Positions 1-13,609 are shown, counted from the first letter of the stretch. The stretch: DNA of 64,000 nucleotides from Squalus acanthias (GCA_030390025.1 CM059432.1:7254001-7318000), one strand, 5' to 3'. Notes: generated by a model from the letters alone, not told the origin. Translations and numbers: made by a program.

Positions 1-130
1 TCGGGACCAGCAGACACGATTTAATGAAAATTGCATGGAGGCGGACTTGTGCTCGCCCGCCAGTTTTCGCAATTTTAACCCCCCCACACGCCTCCAAACC
101 CGCCTCCACGGGTCAATGAAAATCCAGCCC
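1..130. mobile_element. Right end of non-autonomous DNA transposon (MITE, TIR GGGCTGGATTTT family)
   Basis: Ends in aaaatccagccc, the same terminal repeat as 2588, 24774 and 59490. Confidence 0.7.
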
Positions 131-1221
131 AAAGACTCAGCATCCACAGCCCTCTTTGTTAGAGAATTCCAAAGATTCACAACCCTCTGAGTGAAGAAAT
201 TTCTTCTCATCTCAGTCCTAAATGGCCGACCCCTTATCCTGAGACTGTGACCCCTGGTTCTAGACTCTCCAGCCAGAGGAAACAGCCCCTGGGAATGGAA
301 TGCATTCCCGAGTGAACTATAGCTGCAGAATCAATAGAAATGTTCAGAATGGAAATAAGGTGAGGGGTTGATATGGGGAAACATGAAGGCCTGGATTTTA
401 AGTCAGGGTGGGGGTCAGTGCGTGTGAGGGGAGGGGCCTGGACGAGAGGGTGGGGCCTGAGTAAGGGGGGGTGGCCTGAGTGAGCGAGAGGGCGGGGCCT
501 GGGCTTGGGGACAGGTGTCCTCGCTGCCTGCAATTTAAAATTACAGTCGGTCAGATCAGGGTGGGGTAAGATCCCCCCCCACTCCATTTGGGGGAGTTAA
601 AATCGAGACGAAGAGTTGCAAAAGCAGGCTCAATGGGCTGAATGGCCTACATCTGTTTTTTTAAAATCATTCCTGGGATGTGGGCGTCGCTGACCAGGCC
701 AGCATTTATTGCTCATCCCTAGTTGCCCTCGAGAAGGTGGTGGTGAGCCGCCTTCTTGAACCGCTGCAGTCCGTGTGGGGAAGGTACTCCCACAGTGCTG
801 TTAGGGAGGGAGTTCCAGGATTTTGACCCAGCGACGATGAAGGAATGGTGATATACTTCCAAGTCAGGATGGTGTGTGACTGGGAGGGGAACTTGGAGGT
901 GGTGGTGTTCCTATACGCCTGCTGCCCTTGTCCTTCTAGGTGGTGGAGGTCGCGGGTTTGGGAAGTGCTGCCGAAGAAGCCTTGGCGAGTTGCTGCAGTG
1001 CATCTTGTAGATGGTACACACTGCTGCCACGGTGCGCCGGTGGTGGAGGGAGTGAATGTTTAAGGTGGTGGATGAGGTGCCAATCAAGCAGGTTGCTTTG
1101 TCCTGGATGGTGTCGAGCCTCTCGAGTCTTGTTGGAGCTGCACTCATCCAGGCAAGTGGAGAGTATTCCGCCACACTCCTGACTCTTGCCTTATAGATGG
1201 CTTTGGGGAGTTAGCAGGTGA
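131..1221. repeat. Left arm of long-range inverted duplication (partner 61391-62446)
   Basis: Composite of a CR1 3' piece, non-LINE spacer and a Crack-like LINE. It is the reverse complement of 61391-62446, including the junctions between unrelated elements. Confidence 0.95.
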
Positions 1222-1224
1222 GTC
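668..1224 (-). mobile_element. 3' fragment of CR1/L2-group (Crack/Daphne-like) LINE
   Basis: ORF 911-1174 EYSPLAWMSAAPT...IQDKATCLIG is an ORF2 C-terminus. Flanked by near-TSD acatctgtt/acacctgtt. Confidence 0.85.
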
Positions 1225-1719
1225 ACACACCTGTTCCTACATCCGATGCTTAAATAGTAGAGTAGAAGAAAGAGATGACAATTTGAATGACTTTTTAAGC
1301 AGATACTTTTTTTCTACTTTAATTTTAAGTGAATCTGGTTAACGTCTAGAGTCTAGTTGTGGACTCATTTAGTAGCTCAAATAGATATCACTCTTCGGAA
1401 AGTTAGTAGGATGTATTGCTGTGAATAATGATAATGCAAGGAGTGACTAGCTAAACCACAAGAACAAGAATTGGAATTATTATGGGAGATGTGACATTAA
1501 AAGCTGATATGAGTACAACCATAAGCACAAAAGAAATCATAGGAGCAAGAATAGATCACTGAGGTGGAACAAATACCAGGCAACACAAATTCGAGTTTGT
1601 TAAGTTAGGAATAAGAAAGGAAATCAGACGGAACTTTTTCACCCAAAGTACAAAGCTCTTGTGGAATAAGTTATCAGGGAAGGCAATTGAAGGGAAAATA
1701 GTTTTGTTTTGGAGAGAAG

Positions 1720-2175
1720 GGGCTGGATTTTGAATGACCCACGGAGTCCGGTTTGGAGGCGTGTGGGGGGTTAAATTTGCGGGGTCGGGGTTTCCGACCC
1801 CATCCCGACTCCATCCCGCCTCCACGCAATTTTGACATAATCAGTCGCGGGGTTCCCAACTCCGTCCCGCCTTCAAGAGGCGGGAGAGGCCTTTAAAGCC
1901 CTTAACAAGCTCTAAATTGGCTCTGTAATGCCATTTTGAAATGCTGTAGCTATTTTAACCCTCTTCTGACGTGAAGCACGCCTGGTGTGAAACACTCCAG
2001 TGAAACCTGGCGGGAGCACAAGTGGATAGCTGACTATCGGCTGCAGGTCCACTATTACAACGGAGATGTGATGAAGGTAGTAGTAGTATTAGGTCTGAAC
2101 GTCACCTCTGATGCTGCTGCATTGAATGTCTTCAGAGACTGCCTGGGAGGACTTGCTTGGCCAGAAATTAATTAA

Positions 2176-2224
<49 letters not shown>

Positions 2225-2588
2225 TCTGTCTCTCTCTCTCTCTGTCTCTCTCTCTCTCTGTCTCTCTCTCTCTCTGTCTCTCTCTCTCTCTGTCTCTCTC
2301 TCTCTCTGTCTCTCTCTCTCTGTCTCTCTCTCTGTGTGTCTCTCTCTCTCTCTCTCTCTCTCTGTCTGTCTCTCTCTGTCTCTGAGACTAGACAGTCAGC
2401 AATGATGACATCATCAGAGGCGGCTTTCAGACTGAAAACACTAATTAGTTCATGGGTTCCCACATGCTCCAACTCAATTGCACAATTAAGTGAAAATTGC
2501 ATCAGGCATCCACATTAATCTGGAGTCGGGGGGGAAACACGAAATGCGGATTACACAACCCCAACCCGACCAAGACAAAATCTAGCCC
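1720..2588. mobile_element. MITE with TIR GGGCTGGATTTT/AAAATCTAGCCC
   Basis: Terminal inverted repeats and 3-bp TSD aag on both sides. Confidence 0.85.
2179..2382. repeat. Compound (TC)n/(TCTG) microsatellite inside MITE
   Basis: Directly visible. Confidence 0.98.
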
Positions 2589-3217
2589 AAGGTATTTGAG
2601 GGATATGGTCGGTAGGTGTGGTTGAGATCTATCAAGAAGGGATGGGCTTGTTGGACATAATGCCTACTTTACTATTCCTAAAATGGCTTACATTCTCAAC
2701 AGGCCCATTAATTTTTGAAAAAAGCCTATATAATTGCTAACACGAAGAAACTTTGAAAGGGACCATCTACATCACCATGGTAGGTCGAGAATAGAAAACA
2801 GGCCATGAAGGTGATGTTGGAAGATAAAGATAGGATTACAATAAGGAGGGATGGCCAAGAACACATTGACAAATCGGATAGCACAGATTTCGATATCACT
2901 CTTGGGAAACTTACTACAGCATCAACAGGCAGAACAACCTTTCCTTCGCAGCTCATCCTGTTCCTATAATTGGTGACAAATGTAGCTTGTTACCTAACTA
3001 CATTCTTGTAATGGGTACAGGCTGTTGGATGGTGTGCTAAGATTGACAACTCGGGGAGGTTTCTCAAGTGTGTTTTGTACTTTTTTTTTCTGCAGAAGTG
3101 ATGCAAAATTATTATTCGTGCTAAAAATGAACAAGCAGTTCTGACCTTGGACATCAATGCTATGGGAGTTAGAAGAGTTGAGTGCTCTTTACTGGCACCT
3201 GTCTAAGGTGTTGGATG

Positions 3218-3663
3218 TGGCTCTTTCGCCTCTGAGTCCGAAGGTTGTGGGTTCAATTCCCACTCGAGACTTGAGCACATAAATCTAGGCTGACACTCCA
3301 GTGCAGTGCCAAGGGAGGGCTGCTCTGTCGGAGGTGCCTTCGTTTGGATGACACGTTAAACCGAGGCCCCGTCTTCCCCCTTAGGTGGACATAAAAGATC
3401 CCACAGCCACTATTTCGAAGAGGAGCAGGGAGTTCTCCCCGTTGTCCTGGCCAATATTTATCCCTCAATCAACATCACTAAAACATATTATCTGGTCATT
3501 ATCACATTGCTGTTTGTGGGAGCTTGCTGTGCACAAATTGGCTGCCATGTTTCCTACATTACAACAGTGACTACACTTCAAAAAGTACTTCATTGGCTGT
3601 AAAGCGCTTTGAGACGTTCATTGGTCACGAAAGGCGCTATAGAAATGCAAGTCTTTCTTTCTT
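3218..3663 (+). mobile_element. tRNA-headed Deu-type SINE (SacSINE1-like)
   Basis: B-box-like gggttcaattccc, central ttaaaccgaggcccc motif, 3' aaggcgctatagaaatgcaagt plus (cttt)n tail. Many copies in the window. Confidence 0.8.
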
Positions 3664-3664
3664 T

Positions 3665-4318
3665 CCATGTAACATCGCCCGGCTCCACCCTTGCCTCAGC
3701 TCATCCGCTGCTGAAACTCTCATCCATGCCTTTGTTACCTCTAGACTTGACTATTCCAACGCACTCCTGGCTGGCCTCCCATATGCTACCCTACATAAAC
3801 ATGAGGTCATCCACAACTCGGCTGCCCGTGTCCTAACTCGCACCAAGTCCCGTTCACCCATCTCCCCTGTGCTCGCTGACCTACATTGGCTCCCGGTTAA
3901 GCAACGCCTCGATTTCAAAATTCTCATCCTTGTTTTCAAATCCCTCCATGGCCTCGCCTCTCCCTATCTCTAATCTCCTCCAGCCCCACAGCCCTCTGAG
4001 ATATCTGCGCTCCTCCAATTCTGGCCTCTTGAGCATCCCTGATTATAATCGCTCAACCATTGGCGGCCGTGCCTTCAGCTGCCAAGGCCCTGAGCTCTGG
4101 AACTCCCTGCCTAAACCTCTCCGCCTCTCTACCTCTCTTTCCTCCTTTAAGACGCCCCTTAAAACCTACCTCTTTGACCAAGCTTTTGGTCACCTGCCCT
4201 AATTTCTCCTGATGTGGCTCAGTGTCAAGTTTTTTGTCTTTTAACACTCCCGTGAAGCACCTTGAGACGTTTTACTACGTTAAAGGCGCTATATAAATGC
4301 AAGTTGTTGTTGTTGTTG
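3665..4318 (+). mobile_element. L2 LINE 3' fragment
   Basis: IHAFVTSRLDYSN...LHWLPVKQRLDFKIL...GRAFS...LWNSLP; (TTG)n tail. Confidence 0.9.
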
Positions 4319-5009
4319 TATGTTCTCAGAAGAAGTGAATAACTGTTACTGCTGATTTCAATAAATTTCACTTGTAACGCCATCCATTAGCATATTCTTA
4401 ACCGTTACTCATTGAATCACTGATATCTTCCGAAGAAAATGAAAGAAAAAACAGAATTGGAAGAAATGAAAATAAAAATGTTAAATTCCATTTTCCTCTG
4501 TAAGTAAATCATTTAAGTTGACAAACTGAATTGAATAGCAGCTGAAGTGTTGAAACTTTTTAATGAACTTTCAATATCACGCAGCTGTGAAACACATTAA
4601 ACTAAACTGATACTTAAGGAGTACTGCCTCAGCTAAACGTGCCTAAGTACTGGAATACATCGTAAATGGACAGAACAAAAGTTTAAAGCAGATAGAGCAG
4701 TGACCCGCAAATTCCTGCAACGGTGAAATGGGCGACAAATGCCTTAAATTGGACAGTTGTGTCCCCTCGATTCTCCAGTGGCAAATTTACACCAGATTTT
4801 GCTGGAAAACTGATTTGAATATGGCGTAGGGAGCACAAGTGGTAAATCAGAAGTGACGCGGCTTACGACTTCTCCACCATGTACAGTTTGAAGTCAGGGA
4901 GAATACAGGGTCTCCTTGCTATTAATAAATGTCGCTTATTCAACTTATACTCCCTGTAAATATAAAAATTAACCGATAAATGCAAATTTATATATATATA
5001 GGCTGGTCT

Positions 5010-5362
5010 ATCTACAAGGTGCACGGCAGCAACTTGCCAAGGCTTCTTCAGCAGCACTTCCCAAACCCGTGACCTCCTCCACCTAGAAGGACAAGGGCAG
5101 CAGACGCGTGGGAACACCACCACCTCCAAGTTCTCCTCTAAGTCACACACCATCCTGACTTAGAAATATATCGGCCGATCCTTCATCGTCGCTGGGTCAA
5201 AATCCTGGAACTCCCTCCCTAACAGCACTGTGGGAGCACCTTCACCACACGGACTGCAGCGGTTCAAGAAGGTGGCTCACCACCACCTTCTCAAGGGCTA
5301 ATTAGGGAGGGGCAATAAATGCCGGCCTTGCCAGCGACGCCCACATCCCGAGAATGAAATGA
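5010..5362 (+). mobile_element. Crack-like LINE 3' fragment
   Basis: Matches the 3' end of the 13610-14480 copy. Confidence 0.8.
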
Positions 5363-6035
5363 ATAGGAACTTTCACACCTCCTGTTAAAACTGCAGTCAT
5401 GTGCGAAGCCACGATTGCAAAGTTTCCCCGCTGATTCATTATCAAGACTTTACTTTCAGCAGAGTCAAAGTTTCCTGATGGCTTTCTCCCAGTACGAAGC
5501 TTGAACTGCCGTTCGCAGACTGGTGAGCAAACTGCAATCATTTGAGATTATGAACCTGTTAACTTAATGAGCCATGGCCATGTTTGTTGTTCCATTCTGT
5601 GGTGGTGCAATTGCGTTCTTCAAAAAAGAATGCAAACTACAAAGCGAGAGCTGGTTTTGGGTAAAGTAGAGACTGTCTTTTTGTGACAAATTAGATTCAG
5701 CCCAAAGTTATCACCGCAATACTGAATGGGTGGGCTATGATCTTCAGCCGTAATCTCTCATAAAGTCTATTTTTGAACATTAAAGTGTTCATAAACCCGC
5801 CTTGACAAACTGCCACAGATCAAATAAGGATATTCTCCAGTTCTAAGTATTTGTGAATAAACAAATTATATTTGTAACATTCCTCTGTAACCTCCTCCCA
5901 CAGCATGACTCTGCTTTGGGAATCTTGCTCTATTTGGCCGGAATTCAAGTGTCTTATCCCGGCGGAAAGTGACACGCTGGTCTAATGTTTCCAATTTGCT
6001 CGTGTTGGGTTTCCAGTGTCGCTCTTCAGCTGCCT

Positions 6036-6505
6036 GTGTCAGCCGCGGCTCAGTGGGTCGCTCTCTCGCCTCGGAGTCAGAAGGTTGTGGGTTCAAGTCC
6101 CCACTCCAGAGACTTGAGCGCAAAAAATCTAGGCTGACACTCCCGGTGCAGTGCTGAGGGAGCGCTGCACTGTCGGAGGTGCCGTCTTTCAGATGAGACG
6201 TTAAAACCGAGGCCCCGTCTGCTCTCTCAGGTAGACGTCAATGACACTATTTCGAAGAAGAGCTGGGGGAGTTCTCCCCGGTGCCCTGGGTCAATATTTA
6301 TCCCTCAATCAACATCACCAAATGACAGGTTATCTGATCATTATCTCGCTGCTGTTTGTGGGAGCTTGCTGTGCGCAAATTGGCTGCTGCGTTTCCTACA
6401 TTAAAACAGTGACTACACTTCAAAAGTATTTACTCGGCTCTAAAGCGCTTTGGGAAGTCCTGAGGTTGTGAAAGGCACTATATAAATGCAAGTTCTTTCT
6501 TTCTT
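6036..6505 (+). mobile_element. Full-length Deu-type SINE
   Basis: A-box-like cggctcagtggg, B-box gggttcaagtccc, body shared with 3218 and 43234, (cttt)n tail. Confidence 0.85.
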
Positions 6506-6626
6506 CAGCTGGCTACCCTTGTGTTATTCTTTAGTTAGTGGGTCAATCGAGGTTCCTGTTATCACTCTTAACATTTTTAATTCTTGAGGAAGTTAGGTGG
6601 AGGCCCATATCTACAAGTTGCAGGAT

Positions 6627-7112
6627 ATGAGGCGATGCAACGAAGGTTCACTAGATTGATTCCTGGGATGAGAGGGCTGTCCTACGATGAGAGATTGTGT
6701 AGAGTGGGCCTATACTCTCTGGAGTTTAGAAGAATGAGAGGTGATCTCATTGAAACATACAAGATTCTGAAGGGGATTGACAGGGTAAATGCTGAGAGGT
6801 TGTTTCCCCTGGCTGGAGAATCTAGAACTAGGGGGCACAGTCTCAGGATAAGGGGTCGGCCATTTAAGACTGAGATGAGGAGGAATTTCTTCACTCAGAG
6901 AGTTGTGAATCTTTGGAATTCTCTGCCCCCGAGGGCTGTGAATGCTGAGTCTTTGAGTATATTCAAGGCTGAGATCGATAGATTTTTGGACTCTAGGGGA
7001 ATCAAGGGATAGAGGGATCGGGCGGGAAAGTGGAGTTGAGGTCGAAGATCAGCCATGATCTTATTGAATGGCGGAGCAGGTTTGAGGGGCCGTATGGCCT
7101 ACTCCTGCTCTT
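6627..7112 (+). mobile_element. CR1 LINE 3' fragment
   Basis: QRRFTRLIPG...RRMRGDLIE...RRNFFTQRVVNLWNSLP, followed by CR1 3' UTR. Confidence 0.92.
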
Positions 7113-8504
7113 ATGACCAAAGTTTGAAAAAGAGTGGGAGAGAGACAAAAATATAGTGGTTAGCTGATGCTATACTCAGATTATAAACGTTTGCAGATTT
7201 GTTTTAGGAGAAGTCTGAGGGAGGTTGCAAGTTCCACAGTTCTGAGGTCATGAGAAAGAGTGAGTTAGAACTGGAGACCTGTGGAGATGTCTCATGATGG
7301 TATGGCAGAAGATCTGGAACTCACTGTGTGTGTGTGAGGGGGGGAGGAAATAACCACAATAGCAAAACCAGAAATGTTATTATCCTTGTACCATAATCAA
7401 AGCAGTTGAATTGATCCAAGCAGCTCTGAGACCAGTTGTACTTGTGTGGGTTAAGAGGATCTGAAAGTAATGTGTTCTGCTGCGTTGGGAAGGGGATCCA
7501 AGAACTGAACTCAGTATGATACGTGGAATGTGAATCTGGATTCAGCACGAGCTGTTTGCCTACACAACAGTGGTCAGTGCACGTCATTGGCTGAAGATTG
7601 CTTTCAGATATTTTGACGTGATAAGCCCCCGGTGTAGTATAAATACAAAAAAAAAAAATTGTCTTATTTTAGAAGCTTCAAATCGATCGAAACTAGGATC
7701 TACAGCCAGAGAACGGGCTAAGGTTGGGCCGCCAACCCTTCGGGATGGCCCTGGCGTCTCCCAAGATTAATCTCCTGGACACTGCTGTGAGCAAAAAAAA
7801 ACCTGGGGGCATTGTTTTTTTGTTGAACATTTTTACTTATTAGTTAGTAAAGCATTGGGAGGTCGGGGAATAAGACTGGGCAGGATGGCTGGAGGTGGGA
7901 GGCCAAGTGATCAAACCTCCAGAGTTGGCAGCCCAAGAAGCAAGCGCCCACTAACTTGAATCCCTAACGAGCTCGGCTTAAGGTGTTTAGAAGGCAGTGC
8001 CTCGGCTCCTCACCTGCGATTGGTTTTATTGCCTTCCTTTTCTTTTTAAGAAGTTGCCAGTCTCCTTCGAGGAGCTTCGCTTGGTGCCGTGTAAAATGTT
8101 TTACTGAGCGCACGTCCTCCAAATGTCCTCCACTGACCTCAGAAATAAAACATTTTGCACGGAGAGCCACCACCAACAGCAGTTGTTGGCAGAAATCAAA
8201 GAGCTTTGAGATTATGAGGGAGGGGGGAAAAAAAAATGATTACATTCCAGCCAGAGTTCAGTTCAGCCACAATATTTAATAAATCGTTACCTTCTGATGC
8301 ACCAGATGGTGTATACAGAAAAAAAAAAGAAAGACTTTTTGTTTCTACAGCGCCTTTCACGACCTCAGGACGTCCCAAAGCGCTTCACAGCCAATGAAAT
8401 CATTTTTGAAGTACAGTCACTGTTGTTATGTAGGAAACGCGGCAGCCCATTTGCGCACAGCAAGCTCCCACACACAGCGATGAAGTGAATGACCAGATCA
8501 TGTA

Positions 8505-8935
8505 AACGCAACGTAAGCTCGAGGAACAGCACCTCATCTTTCTATTAGGCACTTTACAGCCTTCTGGACTCGACATTGAGTTCAACAATTTCAGACCATA
8601 ACCCCTGCCCCCATTTTTTCAGACGGCAGCTGTTGATTCTGCCATTCCCATTTACACCTCCTCTAGACCCATCTTTTGTTTCTTTACTTGTCCCATTACC
8701 ATCTCCTTTTGCTTTGTACTATCATACCTTTTGCCATTTAATCACTTCTGCTTACCATCCTATCACAGAACTTCCCCCCCTTTCCCTGCCTCTGTACTTG
8801 CTTAAAACCTGTTACATCTCTAACTTTTTCCAGTTCTGATGAAGGGTCATCGACCTGAAACGTTGACTCTGTTTCTCTCTCCACAGATGCTGCCTGACCT
8901 GCTGAGTATTTCCAACATTTTCTGTTTTTATTTCA
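8505..8935 (+). mobile_element. Penelope-like element 3' end (endonuclease C-terminus plus terminal repeat)
   Basis: RKLEEQHLIFLLGTLQPSGLDIEFNNFRP*, followed by an HHR-bearing tail. Confidence 0.85.
8832..8868 (+). ncRNA. Minimal type I hammerhead ribozyme motif
   Basis: agtt-CTGATGA-agggtc atc gacct-GAAA-cgtt-gact. Confidence 0.7.
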
Positions 8936-9864
8936 TGTGCCTTAGGTGTTGGTTGAATGCTGACTAGGACATCGGGGAGAACTTCCTTCTTCTAAATAGT
9001 GGCCATGGGATCTTTTACGTCCACCGGAGAGGGAGGACAGGGCCTCGGTTTAACATCTCATCCGGAAGGAATTAAGAAAGACCAGGGCAGATAACGGTTC
9101 TCTGAGGTTAACATTTTTCTTTGTCTTTTGTGCCATTCTGGCAGGAAACTCGTTTGTCGGCCCAATGAAAATGCCCTCTCGCCGATTTCAACAGAACATT
9201 ACTCCCCCTGAATGTACCAACATTTTAGACTCTCCCAGTTGCCTTCAGGGACCGCTCTTACTGATCTGTCCCCTGAATTGTTCATTTGTCTGTTATTATT
9301 ATAAGACGACAGTGCAAAAAGTATCAGCATTTTTGGGGGACAAACTTGGAAAAAGGGGAAACAATTTTGAAACCATTTCGATATTTAAATACTCGAGGGG
9401 GAAAAAAATTGCAGGACTACGGGGAAAGATCAGGAGAGTCGGACTAATTGGATCGCTCTTTCAAAGAGCCGGCACAGGCACGATGGGCCGAATGGCCTCC
9501 GTCTGTGCTGTAAGATTCTATGATAAGCTTTGAATGCCTTCAGACTCTTCGCCGGGAATTTCCTCGGCAGTTTTCCGGAGCAGAACTTCGACGCAAACCC
9601 TGGATAAATAAAGCAATGGTTTTGCTGAGCTTCCACTGAAGTTTGTTTTTATATTTTTTTCCCCGTTACCACTTTCGACACTCTGCTTGCTCACTGGCTT
9701 TTCCCTACGCCTCCAATAGGCGGGTAAATGGAGCTAGGGTACAGATCAGCCATGATCTCCCATTGGGCGGTGGAACAGGCTCTCGAGAGGCTGAATGGCC
9801 TGTTCCTGCACTTATGTTCTAATAGTGTCACCAGTGGGTTTCCCAATGGGAATGCCCATATCTG

Positions 9865-10135
9865 CACTGTCAGAGATGCTGTTTCTCGGACGAGGCATTA
9901 AACCGAGGCCCCGTCTGCTCTCTCAGGTGGACGTAAAAGATCCCATGGCACTATTTTGAAGAAGAGCAGGGGAGTTCTCCCCGGTGTCCTGGGCCAATAT
10001 TTATCCCTCAATCAATATCACAAAAACAGATTATCTGGTCATTATCACATTGCTGTTTGTGGGAGCTTGCTGTGTGCAAATTGGCTGCCGCGTTTCCCAC
10101 ATTACAACAGTGACTACACTTCAAAAGTCTTTCTT
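9865..10135 (+). mobile_element. Deu-type SINE internal fragment
   Basis: Similar to 6036-6505. Confidence 0.8.
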
Positions 10136-10250
10136 TATACATGTCTTCAAACCCCTCCATGCCTTCACCTCACTTTACCTCAGTAATCCATTTCAGCTGT
10201 AGGTTCCCACACGCATCTCCAACACCAGTTTACTTCCATTCAATGCAATA

Positions 10251-10720
10251 TCCTGGGATGAGAGGGCTGTCCTATGATGAGAGATTGTGTAGAATGGGCC
10301 TATACTCTCTGGAGTTTAGAAGAATGAGAGGTGATCTCATTGAAACATATAAGATTCTGAAGGGGATTGACAGGGTAGATGCTGAGAGGTTGTTTCCCCT
10401 GGCTGGAGTGTCCAGAACTAGGGGGGCATAGTCTCAGGATAAGGGGTAGGCCATTTAAGACTGAGATGAGGAGGAATTTCTTCACTCAGAGGGTTGTGAA
10501 TCTTTGGAATTTTCTGCCCCAGAGGGCTGTGGATGCTGAGTCGTTGAGTATATTCAAGGCTGATATAGATAGATTTTTGGACTCTAGGGGAATCAAGGGA
10601 TATGGAGATCGGGCGGGAAAGTGGAGTTGAGGTCGATGATCAGCCATGATCTTATTGAATGGCGGAGCAGGCTCGAGGGGCCATATGGCCTACTCCTGCT
10701 CCTAATTCTTATGTTCTTAT
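10251..10720 (+). mobile_element. CR1 LINE 3' fragment
   Basis: ORF2 C-terminal motifs plus 3' UTR; very close to 6661-7112. Confidence 0.92.
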
Positions 10721-10914
10721 ATCTGCTGCCACTCTTTCAGTTACTGTGCTCATGCCTTCTGGAATTTTCCTCCCTCAACACCTTTGTCTTTCAACCACCC
10801 TCCCTGGTTTTAAAAACCGCCTTAAAATCATTCTCTTCAAATATGTGTTTGCCCTCCTGTCTAACCTTTCTGTTTCCCTTTCCCCTGGTGTTGACCTTTG
10901 CCATCTGCCTTGCA

Positions 10915-11815
10915 AAGGAACACAGGAACAGGAGGGGGGCCATTCAGCCACTTGAGCCTTATCCCGCCATTCAATTAGATCTGTGCCTTAACTCAATTTA
11001 CCTGCCTTTGCTCCATATCCCTTGATATCCAAAAATAACAAAAAATCTATCAATCTCAGCCTGGAAAATGTTAAATGACCCAGCATCTAGAGCCTTTTGG
11101 GGGAAGAGAGTTCCAGATTTCCACTACCCTTTGTGTGATGAAGTGCGTCCTGATTTACCTCCTAAATGGCGTGGATCTAATTTTGATCATGCTTTCTTGT
11201 TCTGGATTTCCCCCACCAGAGAACATTAGAACATAAGAAATAGGAGCAGGAATAGGCCATACGGCCCTTCGAGCCTGCTCCGCCGTTCAATGAGATCATG
11301 GCTGATCATCTGCACCAACTCCACCTTCCCGCAATATCCCTTGGTTCCCTTAGTCTCCAAAAATCTATCGATCTCTGTCTTGAATATTCTCAACGACTGA
11401 GCCTCCACAGTAGAGAATTCCAAAGATTCACCACAATCTGAGTGAAGAGATTTCTCCTCATCTCAGTCCTAAATGGCCGACCCCTTATTCTGAGACTGTG
11501 ACCCCGTGTTCCAGGTTCCCCAGCCAGGGGAAACATCCTCCCTGCATCTGCCCCAGAGGAAATAGTTTCTCTGTATCTAGCCTATAGAATCCCTGAATCA
11601 TTTAAAATACATCGATTAGATCACTCCGCAAACCTTCTAAGCTCAAGGGAAATCAAGCCAAGCTCGTGCAACCTCTTCAAGCCCTGGTATCATTCTGGTG
11701 AATCTGTGCTGTACCCCATCCAAGGCCATTATATCTTCTCCGAGCTGTGATGCCCAGAACTGCGTGCGGTACTCCAGATGGGATCTGACCAAGGCTCTGT
11801 ACAACTGAAGTATCA
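10915..11815 (-). mobile_element. Nested CR1 3' fragments
   Basis: An older CR1 end interrupted at ~11220-11552 by a younger copy with a cataagaa-type tail. Confidence 0.75.
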
Positions 11816-13609
11816 CTCTACGCTGCCTCTTTGTAAATCAGGACTGTTTTTAGGAAGGGAAGTTGTTCCAGGCACAGACCTTTTAATCAATGAAAGGTGG
11901 CGTTTCAACTGTGAAGGCTCGAACCAGTAGGAGGCTCCTGTTTATAAACAAATAGGCAAATTGAGAGCATGAAAGATGGAGGCAACAATACAGGTCCCCC
12001 TCTGATCTTTACAGTAATTGAGCTTGTAAATAGCTTGACCAAGTACGAGTTTATAATATAGAGCAGAGAGTGGATTTTTATGCAGTTCATGATGATAAAT
12101 ACCCTGGTACTCCAAGGCCCTGGATCATAAAAGACATATCGTATGACATCCCATGTCATGGGGCACTGGTTTAATGAAGGCGCCCACAGCATTAAATAAA
12201 CTGGTGGCCATCAACACTGCTTATGAAAATATTTTAAAAATCACTCTCCTTTAACTAGTGTAAATAACACTGACCGGCTGTGAAGGATTTAAGGCAGTAA
12301 TACAATCCTGAACATAAAGGGCTCAAGATTCAGTATCATGTTTTGTAACATCATCTTGACCTTTGGATTCATTTATTGTCTCGCGTTTAAATTCTCAGTC
12401 AATAGTGCCCTGAGCATACAACAACTGGACTCTGAATCCACGAGAAAACAGCCTCACTCGAAAGCTGGGGCTGGGTGTGCATTGCTTCACTCAGGAGGCG
12501 GATACATTTAGACAGACTCCTTGCTGGATTGAATGACTCGAGACTCATCCAGGTGTAATAAACAGGTTTGACATTGCAACACTGGATGCTTATGAGAGAA
12601 TGACATCGAGTTAACCGCACAGAAACAGGCCGTTCGGCCCAACAGGTCTGTGCCGGTCTTTAGGAACCACACGAGCCTCCTCGCACTCTACTTTGTCTCG
12701 CCCTCTCAGCCTACTCCTTTCTCCCTCATGTGCTTATCTAGCCCCCCCCCCCCTTTAAAGGCATCCGTGCTATTCGCCTCGACCACTCCCTGTGGTCGCG
12801 AGTTCCACATTCTCACCACTCGCGAAAGAAGTTTCTCCTGAATTCCTCAATGGATTTCTTAGTGACGATCTTATATTTATGGCCCCTAGTTTTGGACTCC
12901 TAAAGATTTTTTTTAATAGAAAAGGATGTAAGGGCTCACTCTTCGTTGATAGACTGTGAGCACCCTCTACTGGCTTAACACATTGCTATTACATAGAGGG
13001 GCAGGATCCATGAGAGCTGTTTGAGAAGCGGGCTGGATGTGGATGTTTATCACCAATAAGAGTGATTCAATGCTTCTGTGTTCTAGTATTGATCAGGTGA
13101 ATCTTCATAAAGCAGTGATAGCTCTATAAGGCTGACTTTAGAAGCCAGATACAAATCTGATTAGATTCAGCGGCATCGTGTGACGATCTACGACTATCCC
13201 TTAATACGCCACGAAATAAAATGTGTATGACGTGTTGTTCTAGCGTTTAAGAAGGTAAAACCAGAAAACCCTGGGGCACTTACAAGATGTAATAGTTCTT
13301 TACAAAGCAACAGTACGTTTTTTGAAAAATAATTCGTATTTTTTGCCGCAACGCTGATTTTAAAAAAAGTCAGCGCGAGTTACTCGAAGATGGAACTCCG
13401 GAGAAAATGTGTGGGTCACTCAAACGGTGCGGGTTACTCAAAAACAGAACAAAGTCCGCACACAGTCAAATCACCCGAACGTAGGGGGTGGAATTCACTG
13501 GGCCTTTCCCGCCAGAGACTCGTGTAATCGGAGGGTAAAGCAAACACCCGGCGTAAAAGATCGAGGAAACTCTGGGGGCAAGTGAGTTATGCACGTAGTT
13601 TTAAAAAAT

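Larger units (their letters stand above)
8335..9070 (-). mobile_element. Deu-type SINE interrupted by a Penelope insertion
   Basis: SINE 3' part at ~8335-8500 and more 5' part at ~8945-9070. Confidence 0.65.

Noticed and set aside
2089..2518. 137-aa and 130-aa ORFs with ER/SL repeats
   Set aside because: Translation of a (TC)n microsatellite inside a MITE
3094..3210. Plus-strand exon after a strong polyT-CAG acceptor
   Set aside because: Early stops in all frames and no convincing donor
6036..6110. tRNA gene
   Set aside because: tRNA-derived SINE head continuing into the SINE body; the same applies at ~43640-43706 and ~46710-46778
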